This document shows, one piece after another, positions 25,719-38,274 of a stretch of DNA of 64,000 nt. The notes under the pieces are model-generated. The model did no database searches. It was given only the letters and a program-made list of their open reading frames with translations, and was not told the DNA's origin. A program made the position numbers and the translations under genes. Positions within the stretch are counted from its first letter, which is position 1. The number at the start of each line of letters is the position of its first letter. Source of the DNA: Deinococcus sp. (GTDB lineage: Bacteria; Deinococcota; Deinococci; Deinococcales; Deinococcaceae); contig OZ253375.1 in the NCBI GenBank assembly GCA_965261005.1, positions 1,792,001 through 1,856,000 on the forward strand, given 5' to 3'.

Positions 25719-26122
25719 TTACAAAAGGGCGCGCAGGGCGGCGAGGTCAAGCGTCCCTTCCCACAAGTTCAGGATCTTGCCGTCCCTCACCAGCAGGATG
25801 CTGGGGTACACCCGCACCTTGAGGGCGCGCGAAAAGGCGGTGGCGCCCTCGCCACGCCACACCGCCACGCCGGGGGGGGCGGGGGCCGGCACGTCCTCGG
25901 CGTTGACCAAGCGCAGCGGCACACCGCTTCCCAACACGTCACGCCATAAGGCGCCGAGGTCGCCACAGTCGTGGCTGTACACCACCACCAGCTCCTCGGG
26001 GGCGCTTTGCCAGGGGTGCGCGGGCAGGGGACCGCCCAACTTGGGCAAGGCGGCGGCCATCCCGCCGAAGCTCCCACCGAAGATCAAGGTGCCGAGCAGC
26101 GCGGGCGCCAAGAGGCGGACCT

Positions 26123-26126
<4 letters not shown>
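25719..26126 (-). CDS. exported thioredoxin-like protein lacking a full CxxC
   Basis: Signal peptide; [28 protein letters not shown]. Confidence 0.6.
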
Positions 26127-28528
<2,402 letters not shown>

Positions 28529-28643
28529 GAGGCCCTGCCCAAAGTTGATCGCGCGCTGGACATTCCTACCAGCATAAAGGCCCGCCTTGAGCGCCCCGTG
28601 AAGGCCGGCCCTTCAACTCCTCCCCCTTCAACTCGCCCGAGGT

Positions 28644-29042
28644 TCAATTCGCCCCGGCCGCGCCGCGCGCCTTTTTGCTGGCGATCAATTGGCTCACCCG
28701 CCCGCGCAAATTCTTGCCGCTGAGCGGCTTGTAGATGACGTCGTCGGCGCCGACCAGCTTGGCGTGATCCCGGGTCTGGTCGTCGTCGAAGCCGGTCAGC
28801 AGCAGCACGGCCACCCCGCTGAGGCGCTTCACGCGCTTGACCCGGCTGCAAATCTCGTAGCCGTCGAGGTAAGGCATCTTCACGTCCAGCAGCACGGCGT
28901 CCGGCGTGTGGTCTTGCAGGTACGCCAGGGCCGCCTTGCCGTCGGGAACCGTCACGATGTCGTGGCCGTCCGCCGACAGGATCACCTCCAGCATGGTGCG
29001 AATGGCCGGCTCGTCGTCGGCGACCAGAATGGTGTAGGCCAT
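28644..29042 (-). CDS. single-domain response regulator
   Basis: ILVADDE; LLDVKMP..DG; LLTG; YKP. Confidence 0.92.
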   Translation of the reverse strand: MAYTILVADDEPAIRTMLEVILSADGHDIVTVPDGKAALAYLQDHTPDAVLLDVKMPYLDGYEICSRVKRVKRLSGVAVLLLTGFDDDQTRDHAKLVGADDVIYKPLSGKNLRGRVSQLIASKKARGAAGAN

Positions 29043-29070
29043 ATTGAGGGGGAGTATACCCGCTTCCCGT

Positions 29071-29316
29071 TCAGCCTCCTGTGCAGCGCCCCTCAAGTTC
29101 CTCGACGCGCGCCTCCAGGCTCTCCACCTTGCGCAGCAGCGCCACCAGCACCAAGGCGTAGTGGTCGTAGAGCTTGGGGCGCTGCATACGGCGCTCGCCG
29201 TCCATCCAACCTTCCAGGAGTTCGCGCGAGCGGACCAACACCTGGTCGTCGGTCAGGTCGCGGCGCCCCTGGCCCCTCAGCACTTCCCGCGCGAAGTTGA
29301 GTTCGTCGTCGCTCAT
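29071..29316 (-). CDS. hypothetical protein
   Basis: 81-aa ORF with genome-like codon usage and a C-terminal coiled coil. Confidence 0.7.
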   Translation of the reverse strand: MSDDELNFAREVLRGQGRRDLTDDQVLVRSRELLEGWMDGERRMQRPKLYDHYALVLVALLRKVESLEARVEELEGRCTGG

Positions 29317-29373
29317 GAGGTCAGCCTAACGCCAACGGCCTGATATCAAACGGCCTGGCGCTAAACTGCCCGC

Positions 29374-30012
29374 ATGACCGATCTCGCCCAGAACGTCACC
29401 GTCCGTTCCGTTCCCACCGGACCGCTGCAAGAAAACACCGTGCTGCTGCGCGGCCAAGGCGGCGGCGGCTTCGTGGTGGACCCCGGCGACGAGCCGGACA
29501 AGCTGCTGGCCGAGATCGCGGCCATGCAGCTGCGCCCGCGGGCCATCGTGCTGACCCACGCGCACTTCGACCACGTCGGGGCGGTGGAGCCGCTGCGAAA
29601 AGCTTTGGGCGTGCCGGTGTGGCTGCACGAACGCGACCTGGAACTCTACCGGGGGGCGGCGACCTCGGCGGCGCGCTGGAACCTGCCCTTCGAGCAGCCC
29701 TCCGACCCAGACGACTTTCTCGTTCAGGGCCAAGTATTGCAGGCGGGCGACCTGATCCTGACGGTGCGCGAGCTGCCCGGCCACGCGCCGGGACACGTTG
29801 TTTTGGTGGGCGACGGCTTCGTGATCGCCGGCGACACGCTGTTTCAGGGGTCGGTGGGGCGCACCGACTTGCCGGGCGGGGACCACGCGGCGCTGATCGC
29901 GGGCATCGGGCGCGAACTGCTGTCCCTGCCGGACGGGACGCGGGTGTATCCCGGCCACGGCCCAGAGACGACGGTGGGCCGCGAACGGGCGTCCAACCCA
30001 TACCTGAGCTGA
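29374..30012 (+). CDS. MBL fold metallo-hydrolase (glyoxalase II/YcbL-like)
   Basis: THAHFDH; PGHAPG; GDTLF; GRTDL; YPGHG. Confidence 0.95.
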   Translation: MTDLAQNVTVRSVPTGPLQENTVLLRGQGGGGFVVDPGDEPDKLLAEIAAMQLRPRAIVLTHAHFDHVGAVEPLRKALGVPVWLHERDLELYRGAATSAARWNLPFEQPSDPDDFLVQGQVLQAGDLILTVRELPGHAPGHVVLVGDGFVIAGDTLFQGSVGRTDLPGGDHAALIAGIGRELLSLPDGTRVYPGHGPETTVGRERASNPYLS

Positions 30013-30023
30013 ACCATCAAACC

Positions 30024-30057
30024 CTGACACTTTCCTAACCTGGTGCTGAAGTAATGT
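30024..30057 (+). promoter_or_regulatory. pho-box-like direct repeat plus -10 of the phoBRU operon
   Basis: CTGACAC-TTTC-CTAACCT (11-bp period) ends 10 bp before TAATGT. Confidence 0.5.
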
Positions 30058-30755
30058 TAAGTGTGAACCACGTCGTCGTGGTGGAGGACGAGGCCACGGT
30101 GCGCGACGTGGTGCGCTTTCACCTGGAGCGCGCCGGGCTGCGGGTGTCCACCTTCGAGAGCGTGGGGCAATCGCTGGGCGCTCTCGAAAGTGCCGACGCC
30201 CTCGTGCTTGACTGGATGCTGCCGCAGGAAAGCGGGTTGAGTTTCCTGCGCCGTTTGCGCCACGACGGTGAGTACCGCCGCCTGCCGGTGCTGATGCTGA
30301 CCGCCCGCGCCGCCGAGTCCGAGCGGGTGGAGGGCCTGGAGAGCGGCGCCGACGACTACCTCACCAAGCCTTTTTCCGCCGCCGAATTGGTGGCGCGGGT
30401 GCGCGCCCTGCTGCGCCGCAGCGCGCCGGAAGCGCCGCAGGTGATCTCGAACGGTCCCCTGCTGATGGACTTGGCGGCGGCCGAGGCGCGCCTGGACGGC
30501 GCCCGGCTGACCCTGACCCGGCGCGAGTTCGATCTGCTGGCCTTTTTGACGCAGAATTTGGGCCGGGTGTACAACCGCGCCGAGCTGCTCGACCGGGTCT
30601 GGGGCGCCGACTTCCTCGGCGGCGAGCGCACGGTGGACCAGCATGTCACGCAGCTGCGCGCCCACCTGAACGAGGACCCGGCCCGGCCGCGCCTCTTGGA
30701 AACGGTGCGCGGCAAGGGCTACCGCATGCGGGCTTGGGAAGAGGACAAGCGGTGA
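30054..30755 (+). CDS. phoB: OmpR/PhoB family response regulator (alternative start GTG 30063)
   Basis: VEDE; LDWMLP; GADDYLTKPF; RTVDQHV; TVRGKGY. Precedes a kinase and phoU. Confidence 0.85.
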   Translation: MLSVNHVVVVEDEATVRDVVRFHLERAGLRVSTFESVGQSLGALESADALVLDWMLPQESGLSFLRRLRHDGEYRRLPVLMLTARAAESERVEGLESGADDYLTKPFSAAELVARVRALLRRSAPEAPQVISNGPLLMDLAAAEARLDGARLTLTRREFDLLAFLTQNLGRVYNRAELLDRVWGADFLGGERTVDQHVTQLRAHLNEDPARPRLLETVRGKGYRMRAWEEDKR

Positions 30756-31753
30756 CGCGCCTGAGCAAAGACCATGACCTGACGAACGAGGGGGTCGCCC
30801 CCGATTGGCTCGACGCCCTGCCGCAGGCGGTGGTGCTGCACCAGGGGGGGCGCGTGACCCACCTGAACCTCGCGGCCGAGCGGCTGTGGGGCGTGACAAG
30901 GGCGCGGGCGCGCGGGAGGGCGCTCTTGGAGGTGGTGCGGCGCCACACGCTGGAGGCGTTGGCACGTGAGGGCGGCGAACTGGACTTGGAGGTGGCCGGA
31001 CGGTCGCTGCACTGCCGCGCCCAGACCAGTGGTCAGAACGGGATACAGGGCGGCGCCTTGGTGGTCGAGGACCTGACGGGGGCGCGGCGGCGCGAGGCCG
31101 AGCTGCGCGAGGCGGCGGCGGTCTTGTCGCACGAGTTCCGCACCCCGGTCACGGCGCTGCGCGGCCTCTTAGAAGCTTTGCAATACGAGATGCCGCCCGA
31201 GATGCAGCAGAACTTCGTGGCGCAGGGCCTGGCCGAAACCCTGCGCCTCGCGCGCTTGGTGGACGACCTGGCGGTAGGCTTCAAACCGGTGCGCGCCCGC
31301 GTCCTGACCTTGTCGGAAGTGCTCGGCCGCGCCGAGCGGCTGCTGGCCCAGGAATTGTCCCAGGCCGGCGTGCGCCTGGTGCGCGGCGAGGACGCCGCCG
31401 TGCGCGCCGACCCGGACAAGCTCCTTCAGGTGTTGCTCAACCTGATCGAGAACGCCGCGCGCCACGGGCCGCGTCACGGCACGGTGCGGGTGGAGGCGCG
31501 ACCGCACGGCACGGGCGAGGAAAGCTGGGTGGAAATCGCGGTCCTGAGCGGCGGCGAACCCCTTCTGGAGGGCGAGCACATCTGGCGGGCACATGCGCGC
31601 GGGGCCGGGGCGCGCGGCAACGGCAGCGGCATGGGGCTGTACATCGTGCGCTCGATTGTGGAAGGCTGGGGTGGCCGGGCCTGGACCGAGCGCAGACCGG
31701 GCGGCCACAACGCTGGTTTCAACGCCTTTTGCTTCACGGTGCCGGGCGCCTGA
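30752..31753 (+). CDS. phoR: PAS-domain sensor histidine kinase, no TM segments
   Basis: LSHEFRTP; QVLLNLIENA; GSGMGLYIV. Confidence 0.8.
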   Translation: MTRLSKDHDLTNEGVAPDWLDALPQAVVLHQGGRVTHLNLAAERLWGVTRARARGRALLEVVRRHTLEALAREGGELDLEVAGRSLHCRAQTSGQNGIQGGALVVEDLTGARRREAELREAAAVLSHEFRTPVTALRGLLEALQYEMPPEMQQNFVAQGLAETLRLARLVDDLAVGFKPVRARVLTLSEVLGRAERLLAQELSQAGVRLVRGEDAAVRADPDKLLQVLLNLIENAARHGPRHGTVRVEARPHGTGEESWVEIAVLSGGEPLLEGEHIWRAHARGAGARGNGSGMGLYIVRSIVEGWGGRAWTERRPGGHNAGFNAFCFTVPGA

Positions 31754-31780
31754 TGCTCATGTTCTCCGAGGTTCTCTCCC

Positions 31781-32422
31781 ATGCGTGAAGTTCTGGACCA
31801 AGAGTTGCGCGCCGTGCTGAGCGGCGTTCTGGAGATGCTGGACCTCGTCGCGCGCATGCTCGAACAGGCGCGCGCCGCGCTGATCGGGCGCGAGGAGGGC
31901 GGCTTGGAGGCGGCGCGCGCCCTCGACGTGGAGGTGGACGATTTGGAGCGCCGGGTCGAGGGTGAGTGTTTGCGGATCGTCGCCCTGCACCAGCCGGTGG
32001 CGCGCGATCTGCGGCTCTTGGCCCTGGTGCTCAAGAGCCTGACCGACATCGAGCGCATGGGCGACTACGCCGTTCACGTCGCCGAGGACGGCTTGGAGCT
32101 GGCGCAGGAAAGCGCCCTCAAGCGGTACGTCAACTTGGGGCGTATGCTCACGCGCCTGGAAGAGATGCTGGCCCACCTACGCCGCACCTTGGAGACGCGC
32201 GACATCACCTTGGCCCGCGAAACTCTGGCAATGGACGACGAGGTGGACGACCTTTACGAGCAGATTCAGCGCGAACTGGTGACTTACATGCTCGAAGACC
32301 CGCGCACCATTGGCAAGGCCATCACCTTGATGCGGGTGGGGCGCAGTCTGGAGCGCATCGGTGACCACATCGAGAACGTCGCCGAGCGCGTCGAGTATTG
32401 GGTGAGCGGCCAGCGACCTTGA
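31781..32422 (+). CDS. phoU: phosphate signaling protein PhoU
   Basis: QPVARDLR; DIERMGDY; DDEVDDLY; LERIGDHIENVAE. Confidence 0.96.
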   Translation: MREVLDQELRAVLSGVLEMLDLVARMLEQARAALIGREEGGLEAARALDVEVDDLERRVEGECLRIVALHQPVARDLRLLALVLKSLTDIERMGDYAVHVAEDGLELAQESALKRYVNLGRMLTRLEEMLAHLRRTLETRDITLARETLAMDDEVDDLYEQIQRELVTYMLEDPRTIGKAITLMRVGRSLERIGDHIENVAERVEYWVSGQRP

Positions 32423-33381
32423 ACACGGCGCGGCGCATGTTGGCTTTGCTCGTCGCGCTGTCCAGCCCCGCCGGTGCCCTGCACCTGGTCGGCACGCCGC
32501 TGGGGTTGCCGGCGCCGCTGCCGCCCGGCGTGACCTTTCGCGAGTTAGACGCCGGGGCCGCGCTGGCAGAGCTGTACGCCGGCCGCGCCGACGCGGCCCT
32601 GCTAAGCGTGCCGGGGGGGACGCCGCTGGGGGGCACCGGGCCGGTCACGTTCCTGCCGCTGGGTATCTTCGCGGCGCGGCTGGCCTACCGTTTGCCGGGC
32701 GTTCAGCTGCGGCTGGACGTGGGAAGTGCCTGCCGCATTTTCGCGGGCCAGATCACGCTGTGGAATGACCCCGCCTTGGCGGTTCTGAACCCCGGCGTAA
32801 CGCTGCCGGCCCTGCCCATCCTGACCAGCGCGCGAACCACACCGGGCGGCGCCAACCTCGCCTTTGCGCGTACCTGCGTGGCGGGCGGCTGGTGGCCCGA
32901 GAAGTGGCGCAAGAGCAACTGGGCCGCCGGCGCCGTGAACGCGCGGGCCGGCCGGGCGGGGCAAGTGGCCGATCTGGCGCTGACCGGCAGCTTGGCCGTG
33001 CTGGGGCCGCTGGACGCGGCGCCGGGCACCCAGAACGCGCTGATCAGGAACGCGCGGGGCGCCTTTGTCGAGGCGACCCCCAGCGCGGCGGGCGTGACGG
33101 GGGGGCAGCTGCCGAGCGGGCCGGCGGGCAGCCTGCCCCCGCCGCTGACCGGCGCGGCCTACCCGTTTCGCAGCCTGGTCTGGGCGGCGGCGCTGCGCGA
33201 GCAGGACGACCGGGGGCGGAGCTTAGAAAATGCGCGGGCGCTGGCGGACCTGTTGCGCGCCTTGCAGCGGGGGCCGGGGCGCGGCCTCGCGCCGCTGCCC
33301 GCCGCAGCGCGCCCGCCGATCAAGCTCACCTACGGCGGCAAGGGGCTGGACGGCCCGAAGCTGGGACCGCCGGCCCCGTGA
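32419..33381 (+). CDS. degenerate PstS-like substrate-binding protein
   Basis: Signal peptide; YRLPGV..IFAGQITLWNDPALAVLNPGVTLP; NARGAFV; AYP. Phosphate-binding loops are diverged. Confidence 0.7.
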   Translation: MNTARRMLALLVALSSPAGALHLVGTPLGLPAPLPPGVTFRELDAGAALAELYAGRADAALLSVPGGTPLGGTGPVTFLPLGIFAARLAYRLPGVQLRLDVGSACRIFAGQITLWNDPALAVLNPGVTLPALPILTSARTTPGGANLAFARTCVAGGWWPEKWRKSNWAAGAVNARAGRAGQVADLALTGSLAVLGPLDAAPGTQNALIRNARGAFVEATPSAAGVTGGQLPSGPAGSLPPPLTGAAYPFRSLVWAAALREQDDRGRSLENARALADLLRALQRGPGRGLAPLPAAARPPIKLTYGGKGLDGPKLGPPAP

Positions 33382-33475
33382 CGTTGCGGGAACGCGCCGC
33401 CGAACTCGCCAGCGACAATACGGCCAGGGCAACCAGGTAGCGCCACATCAGCCCGTTCCCATCAAGTCAGCCCCA

Positions 33476-34921
33476 TCAGCTCAGCACCACGGTCTTGAGG
33501 TAGGTCAGCTCCTCCAGGGAGGCCCGCGCCCCCTCGCGCCCGAAGCCGCTCTCTTTGATTCCGCCGTAGGGCATCTGGTCCACCCGGAAGGTGGATGGGT
33601 CGTTGACGATCACGCCGCCCGATTCGAGGTCGCGCACCGCCTGAAGGGCGCGCTGGAGGTTGGCGGTGAAGACGCCGGTCTGAAGGCCGAACTTGCTGCG
33701 GTTCGCCATTTCGATGGCCCCCGTCCAGCTTTCCGCGCGCAGCAGGACCGCCACCGGCCCGAAAACCTCCTCGCTCACCAGCTTGGCGCGCTCGGGTACG
33801 TGTTCCAGAATGGTGGGGGGCAGGACGCTCCCGCGCGCCTCGCCGCCCAGCAGCAGCGCGCCACCGAGGTCCAGGGCTTCCCCAATCCAACTTTGCAGCC
33901 GCGTGAGGGCCGCCGGGTTCACCAGCGGGCCGACGTCCGTGTTCTCGTCGAGGGGATCGCCCAGCACCAGGTGTGCGCTCGCCTGCACGAAGGCGCGCTT
34001 GAAGTCCTCGTACACGCTTTCATGCACGATCAGGCGCTGCGGGTGAATGCAGACCTGCCCCTGGTAGGCGAAGCTGGTCGCGGCCAGCTTGCTCGCGGCC
34101 ACGTCCACGTCGGCGGACTCGTCCACCAGGTTGGCGCTGTTGTTGCCGAGTTCCAGCACCACCGGCTTCAGGCCGCTGGCCGCCTTGATGGCCGCGCCCA
34201 CGCCGGGGCTGCCAGTGAAGCTGACGACGGCGATTTCGGGCGCGCTCACCAAGCGCTCGCCCAATTCTGCCCCGCCGTGGATGACGTTCAGGGCGCCCGC
34301 CGGAAAGCCCGCGTCCGCAATCAGCTCGGCCAGCAGCACGGCGGTGAGGGGCGTCTGCGGCGCCGGCTTGAGGACCACCGCGTTGCCGCCCGCCAAAGCC
34401 GGGCCGACCTTGTGCAGCGCGAGGTTCAGGGGAAAGTTGAAGGGGCTGATGGCCGCCACCACCCCGCGCGGGGCGCGCACGGTGAAGCCCAGCCGCCCCT
34501 CGCCGTACCGGCTGGCGTCGAGCGGAATCCCCTCCCCCGCCAGGGTCAGCGCGGCGTCGGCGGCAAAGGCCAAATTCTCGACCGAGCGGCCCACCTCCAC
34601 CCGCGAAGCCTTGAGCGGCTTGCCGGCCTCGCGGGCGATGGTCCGCGCGAAGCTCTCGGCGCGCTCCGACAGGAGGGCGGAAGCTTGCCGTAAATGGGCG
34701 GCGCGCTGATGGGCGGGCCAGGTTCTCAGCTCGGCGTAGGCCGTCTGCGCGGCGCCGAGGGCCGTTTGCAGCTCGGCCGGCGTTCCGCGCGCCACGCGGT
34801 AGAGGGCCTCGCCCGAGTACGGCTCGGCCACCTCGTCGAACTCGCTTCCCTCCACCCGGTGGCCGGCGATGAAGTGCGGCACGGTCGTCACGTTGGCCGG
34901 CCCTGTCATTGCCTGGGTCAT
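33476..34921 (-). CDS. aldehyde dehydrogenase family protein
   Basis: ISPFNFP; FTGS; LELGNN; GQVC; EEVFGP; PYGGIKESGFGREG. Confidence 0.95.
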   Translation of the reverse strand: MTQAMTGPANVTTVPHFIAGHRVEGSEFDEVAEPYSGEALYRVARGTPAELQTALGAAQTAYAELRTWPAHQRAAHLRQASALLSERAESFARTIAREAGKPLKASRVEVGRSVENLAFAADAALTLAGEGIPLDASRYGEGRLGFTVRAPRGVVAAISPFNFPLNLALHKVGPALAGGNAVVLKPAPQTPLTAVLLAELIADAGFPAGALNVIHGGAELGERLVSAPEIAVVSFTGSPGVGAAIKAASGLKPVVLELGNNSANLVDESADVDVAASKLAATSFAYQGQVCIHPQRLIVHESVYEDFKRAFVQASAHLVLGDPLDENTDVGPLVNPAALTRLQSWIGEALDLGGALLLGGEARGSVLPPTILEHVPERAKLVSEEVFGPVAVLLRAESWTGAIEMANRSKFGLQTGVFTANLQRALQAVRDLESGGVIVNDPSTFRVDQMPYGGIKESGFGREGARASLEELTYLKTVVLS

Positions 34922-34956
34922 GCCCCAGTCTAGGCCCGCCCACGCTACGCTGGGCC

Positions 34957-36166
34957 GTGGCCGCCACCCCCGTTTCCGCCGCCCGACCCACCTCCGCGCT
35001 GTGGCCGACGCTGGGGCTGGCCCTTGGCCCGGCCGTCGCGCTGGGCCTCGCGCGCTTCGCCTACGCCCTGATCCTGCCCGCCATGCAGCGCGATTTGCAC
35101 TGGACCTACACCCAGTCGGGGGGCCTCAACACCGCCAACGCCGTGGGCTACCTGTTGGGCGCGGCGGGGGGGGGCTTACGCGGGGCGGCGCCTCGGCGGG
35201 CGGACGGCCTTTTTGGCGGGCCTGCTGCTGACGGCCCTCGCGCTGTTCGCCTCGGGCCTGAGCGGCAACTACACGCCGCTCCTGTTGTGGCGCGCCCTGG
35301 CCGGCGCGGCGGGCGCCGTCACCTTTGTGACCGGCGGCGCCTTGGCAGCCGAGCTGGCAAGCGGCTTTCCCGCGCGAACCGGCGGTCTGATCGTCGGCGG
35401 GTACTTCGGCGGGGTGGGGCTGGGCATCGCGGCCTCGGGGGCGCTCGTGCCCGCCCTGCTGGCGCTCGGGGGCTCTTGGCGAGCGGCGTGGTGGGCCGTG
35501 GGATTGCTCGGGTTGGTGGGCTGGCTCGCCTCTTTGTGGGCCACCAAAGCCTTTCAATCCCCCAAAGCGGCCCCCACCGCTCAGACAAGCAGCTTCGCCC
35601 TGCGCCCCCTGTGGCCGACCCTCGCCGCCTACTTCCTGTTCGGGGCGGGTTACGTCTCGTACATGACCTTCGTGATCGCCTTTTTGCGCGGCGAGGGGCT
35701 GGGCAGCGGGCCGGTCGCGGCCTTTTGGATGCTGCTGGGCGCGGCGGTGGTCGCCTCGTCGTGGCTGTGGCGCGACCCCATCGCGGAACAGCCCACCCGG
35801 CGGGTGCTGCCGACTATCATGCTGCTGCTGGCCGCCGGCACGGCCCTGCCGCTCGCCACGCCGGCGCTGCCGGTCGTCTTCCTGTCGGGCGCCCTCTTCG
35901 GCGGCTGCTTTCTGGCGGTCATCGCGGCCATCACCGCCTTGGTACGCCGCGCCCTGCCCCAGGCGGCCTGGGCCTCGGCCCTCGGCGCGGCCACCGCCAT
36001 CTTCTCGGTCGGGCAAATTTTCGGCCCCCTCGGATCGGGCTGGCTGTCCGACCTGACGGGGGTCCTGAACTGGGGCCTGGAGGGTTCGGCGCTGCTGCTG
36101 TTGCTGGGAGCGGGGGTGGCGCTTCGGCAGCGGGAGGCGTCGGAGCTGTCAAGCCGCGCCCGGTAA
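34957..36166 (+). pseudogene. YbfB/YjiJ family MFS transporter, frameshifted at a G9 tract (35166-35174)
   Basis: N-terminus GLARFAYALILPAMQRDL..LNTANAVGYLLG is in one frame; the rest (ORF 35213-36166) is in the next frame. Removing one G joins them. Confidence 0.8.
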
Positions 36167-36174
36167 GATACATC

Positions 36175-37140
36175 ATGCCGCTCGCCCTGCTCGTCAGCCT
36201 GGCCCTTGCCGCGCCCACCTTCAGCTTGCCGAACTTCGGACAGCTGGTGGGCGTGACGCCTTCGGGGGCGTTTTGGGCGCGGGCACGCACCGGACCGGAC
36301 ACGTTCGCCTCGGAACTCGCGTTGTACGACCCCACAACCGGACGGGTGTTGCGCGCCGTGAACTTGCCGGGCCGGTATCAACCAGTCGTGGCGAACCGCG
36401 ACGGCTCGCGCTTCGCGGCGTTCGACGCGGACACGACGCGCCTCACGCTGCTGAACGCAGACGGGCGCGAGCTGTGGAGCGTTTCCTCACCCGGCCTCAG
36501 CGGCACCCTCAACCTCAGCTTCAGCCCGGACGGCGCCCTTTTGGTGGCGGGCAACGACAACGGCTACGTGCAATTTTGGAACGCGGCGAGTGGCGAGCGG
36601 GAAACCACCGTCCTCGGTCCCGGTTACCGGGCAGAACTCGTGCGCTTCGACCCTGCGGGCGCGCGTCTTTTCGTGCAGTTCCGTGGGGCGCGGGAGCTGG
36701 TCGTATATGACGTGGCCTCGCGCCGGGTCCTCACGACCCTTAACGCCTACGCCCGCACGCCGGGTTCGCTCGCCTTTACGCCGAACGGGCGGCAGTTCGT
36801 TTTGGCAGACGGTTACACTCCCGTGCGCGTCTTGGACGCCAACTCCGGCGCCCTTCTGCGAACCTTCCCGCCTCTCAAGGTGCCGTGCGAGGTGCCGCCC
36901 AAGTTGTGCGCGCGGGGTCCCTTCACCCTTGACCTCGACGCAGAGGGCGAGCGGCTGGCCGTGGCTTACTACAACGGCACGGCCGTGCTGTACGACTTTG
37001 CGAGCGGCACCGTGCGGGCAACCTTGCCCAAGGTCGGCGTCTACGTGAAGCTGACCCCGAGCGGAATGAAACTGCTGGGCACAACCTACGACGCTACCGG
37101 CCAAATCCTAAATGTATGGCCGTTGCCAGCGAAGCGCTGA
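36175..37140 (+). CDS. secreted WD40/beta-propeller protein
   Basis: Signal peptide MPLALLVSLALA; FSPDG..VQFWN; LAFTPNG; VRVLD repeats. TAAGAT -10 before the ATG. Confidence 0.8.
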   Translation: MPLALLVSLALAAPTFSLPNFGQLVGVTPSGAFWARARTGPDTFASELALYDPTTGRVLRAVNLPGRYQPVVANRDGSRFAAFDADTTRLTLLNADGRELWSVSSPGLSGTLNLSFSPDGALLVAGNDNGYVQFWNAASGERETTVLGPGYRAELVRFDPAGARLFVQFRGARELVVYDVASRRVLTTLNAYARTPGSLAFTPNGRQFVLADGYTPVRVLDANSGALLRTFPPLKVPCEVPPKLCARGPFTLDLDAEGERLAVAYYNGTAVLYDFASGTVRATLPKVGVYVKLTPSGMKLLGTTYDATGQILNVWPLPAKR

Positions 37141-37161
37141 ACTCGCCAAGTTGGACGAGGC

Positions 37162-37746
37162 TTAGCCCGGCGAGCGCGCCGCCCCCGCCGGCGTCACGTG
37201 CTCCAGCAACTCCAATCCCGGCCAGCCCAGCGTTAAGCGCCCCGGCATGGCGAGGCTCGCCCACAGCGCCACTGGGTCGAGATTGTTCGCCCGCGCTGCA
37301 AACAGGCTGATCACGGTGCCGTGCGCGACGATCACCACCTCTCCCATCTGGCCCCGCATCACGTCCCCCACCGCCGCCGAGAAGCGCGCGTGGGCCTCGT
37401 CCGCGCTTTCCTGGCCGAAGACGCGCTCCGCCGGCCGCTCGAAGACCGAGCGCACCGCCGCCTCAAACTCCGCCTGGATCGGGAAGTAGGGCGTCCCCGT
37501 GCGGACCTGCTCGTGCAGCCCCTCGGCAATCCTGCACGCCACGCCCAGCCGTTCAGCAATCAGCCGCCCGGTCTCCCGCGCCTTAAGCTCGCGGCTGGTC
37601 ACGACCTCGGAGATACGCCGCCCGAGCAATCCCTCTGCCAGCGCGGCGGCCCCCGCCTCCCCCGCCGGCGTGAGACCCCAGCTTTCGGGCGGGGTGCCGG
37701 GCACGGGGCGGGACTGGGCGTGGCGGACGAGGTGGAGGCGGGGCAC
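37162..37746 (-). CDS. histidine phosphatase family protein
   Basis: LVRHAQS; S..KARET; GLHE; IVAHG. Confidence 0.9.
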   Translation of the reverse strand: MPRLHLVRHAQSRPVPGTPPESWGLTPAGEAGAAALAEGLLGRRISEVVTSRELKARETGRLIAERLGVACRIAEGLHEQVRTGTPYFPIQAEFEAAVRSVFERPAERVFGQESADEAHARFSAAVGDVMRGQMGEVVIVAHGTVISLFAARANNLDPVALWASLAMPGRLTLGWPGLELLEHVTPAGAARSPG

Positions 37747-37755
37747 GGAGTTAGT

Positions 37756-38274
37756 CTAGCGGGAAGGCAGGTATCTCAGCAGATCGAGAAATGGCGGCGG
37801 AAAGCCGAGTTGCCGCCCCAGCAGCGCGATCTGTGCGGTGTGCCGGACCTCGTGCTGCATGACGTGCCACAGCAAGCCCTCGACGGTGAAGCGCTGCTCG
37901 CCCTCGGAGGTCTGGACTGCCACCTCCCGGCCCAACTCCCCTGGTGTGAGGCGGGCGAGGGAGCCGAGCGTGCTTTCCTCGGCCGCCCGCCAGTAGGAGA
38001 GCAGCGCGGGCAGCGGCGTCCCGGCGTAATACGGCCCGTCCTGGGCGCCCTTTATACCGGGCACGCCTTCCCACACCGGCGTGTCGCGCAGGATGTCCTC
38101 GTGCAGCCATGAGTCCTCGACGGCCGGAACGTGCAGAACGAGGTCCTTGATCGAGTGAAAGCGCTCGCCGGGGATGATGGGGCGGGAAAGCGCCTCATCG
38201 GGCAAGCTTTGCAGGTACACCCACAGGTCGCGCCGCGCCCGGACGAGGTAGCCGTAAAACTCGGGGATGTTCAC
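37756..38274 (-). CDS. DinB family protein
   Basis: SIKDLVLHVPAVEDSW; HVMQHEVRHTAQI. GTG overlaps the kinase stop. Confidence 0.9.
   Translation of the reverse strand: MNIPEFYGYLVRARRDLWVYLQSLPDEALSRPIIPGERFHSIKDLVLHVPAVEDSWLHEDILRDTPVWEGVPGIKGAQDGPYYAGTPLPALLSYWRAAEESTLGSLARLTPGELGREVAVQTSEGEQRFTVEGLLWHVMQHEVRHTAQIALLGRQLGFPPPFLDLLRYLPSR

Noticed and set aside
34909..37140. 743-aa ORF as a real MFS-WD40 fusion protein
   Set aside because: The middle third is an out-of-frame reading of the MFS gene caused by the G9 tract. The WD40 gene has its own -10, ATG and signal peptide.
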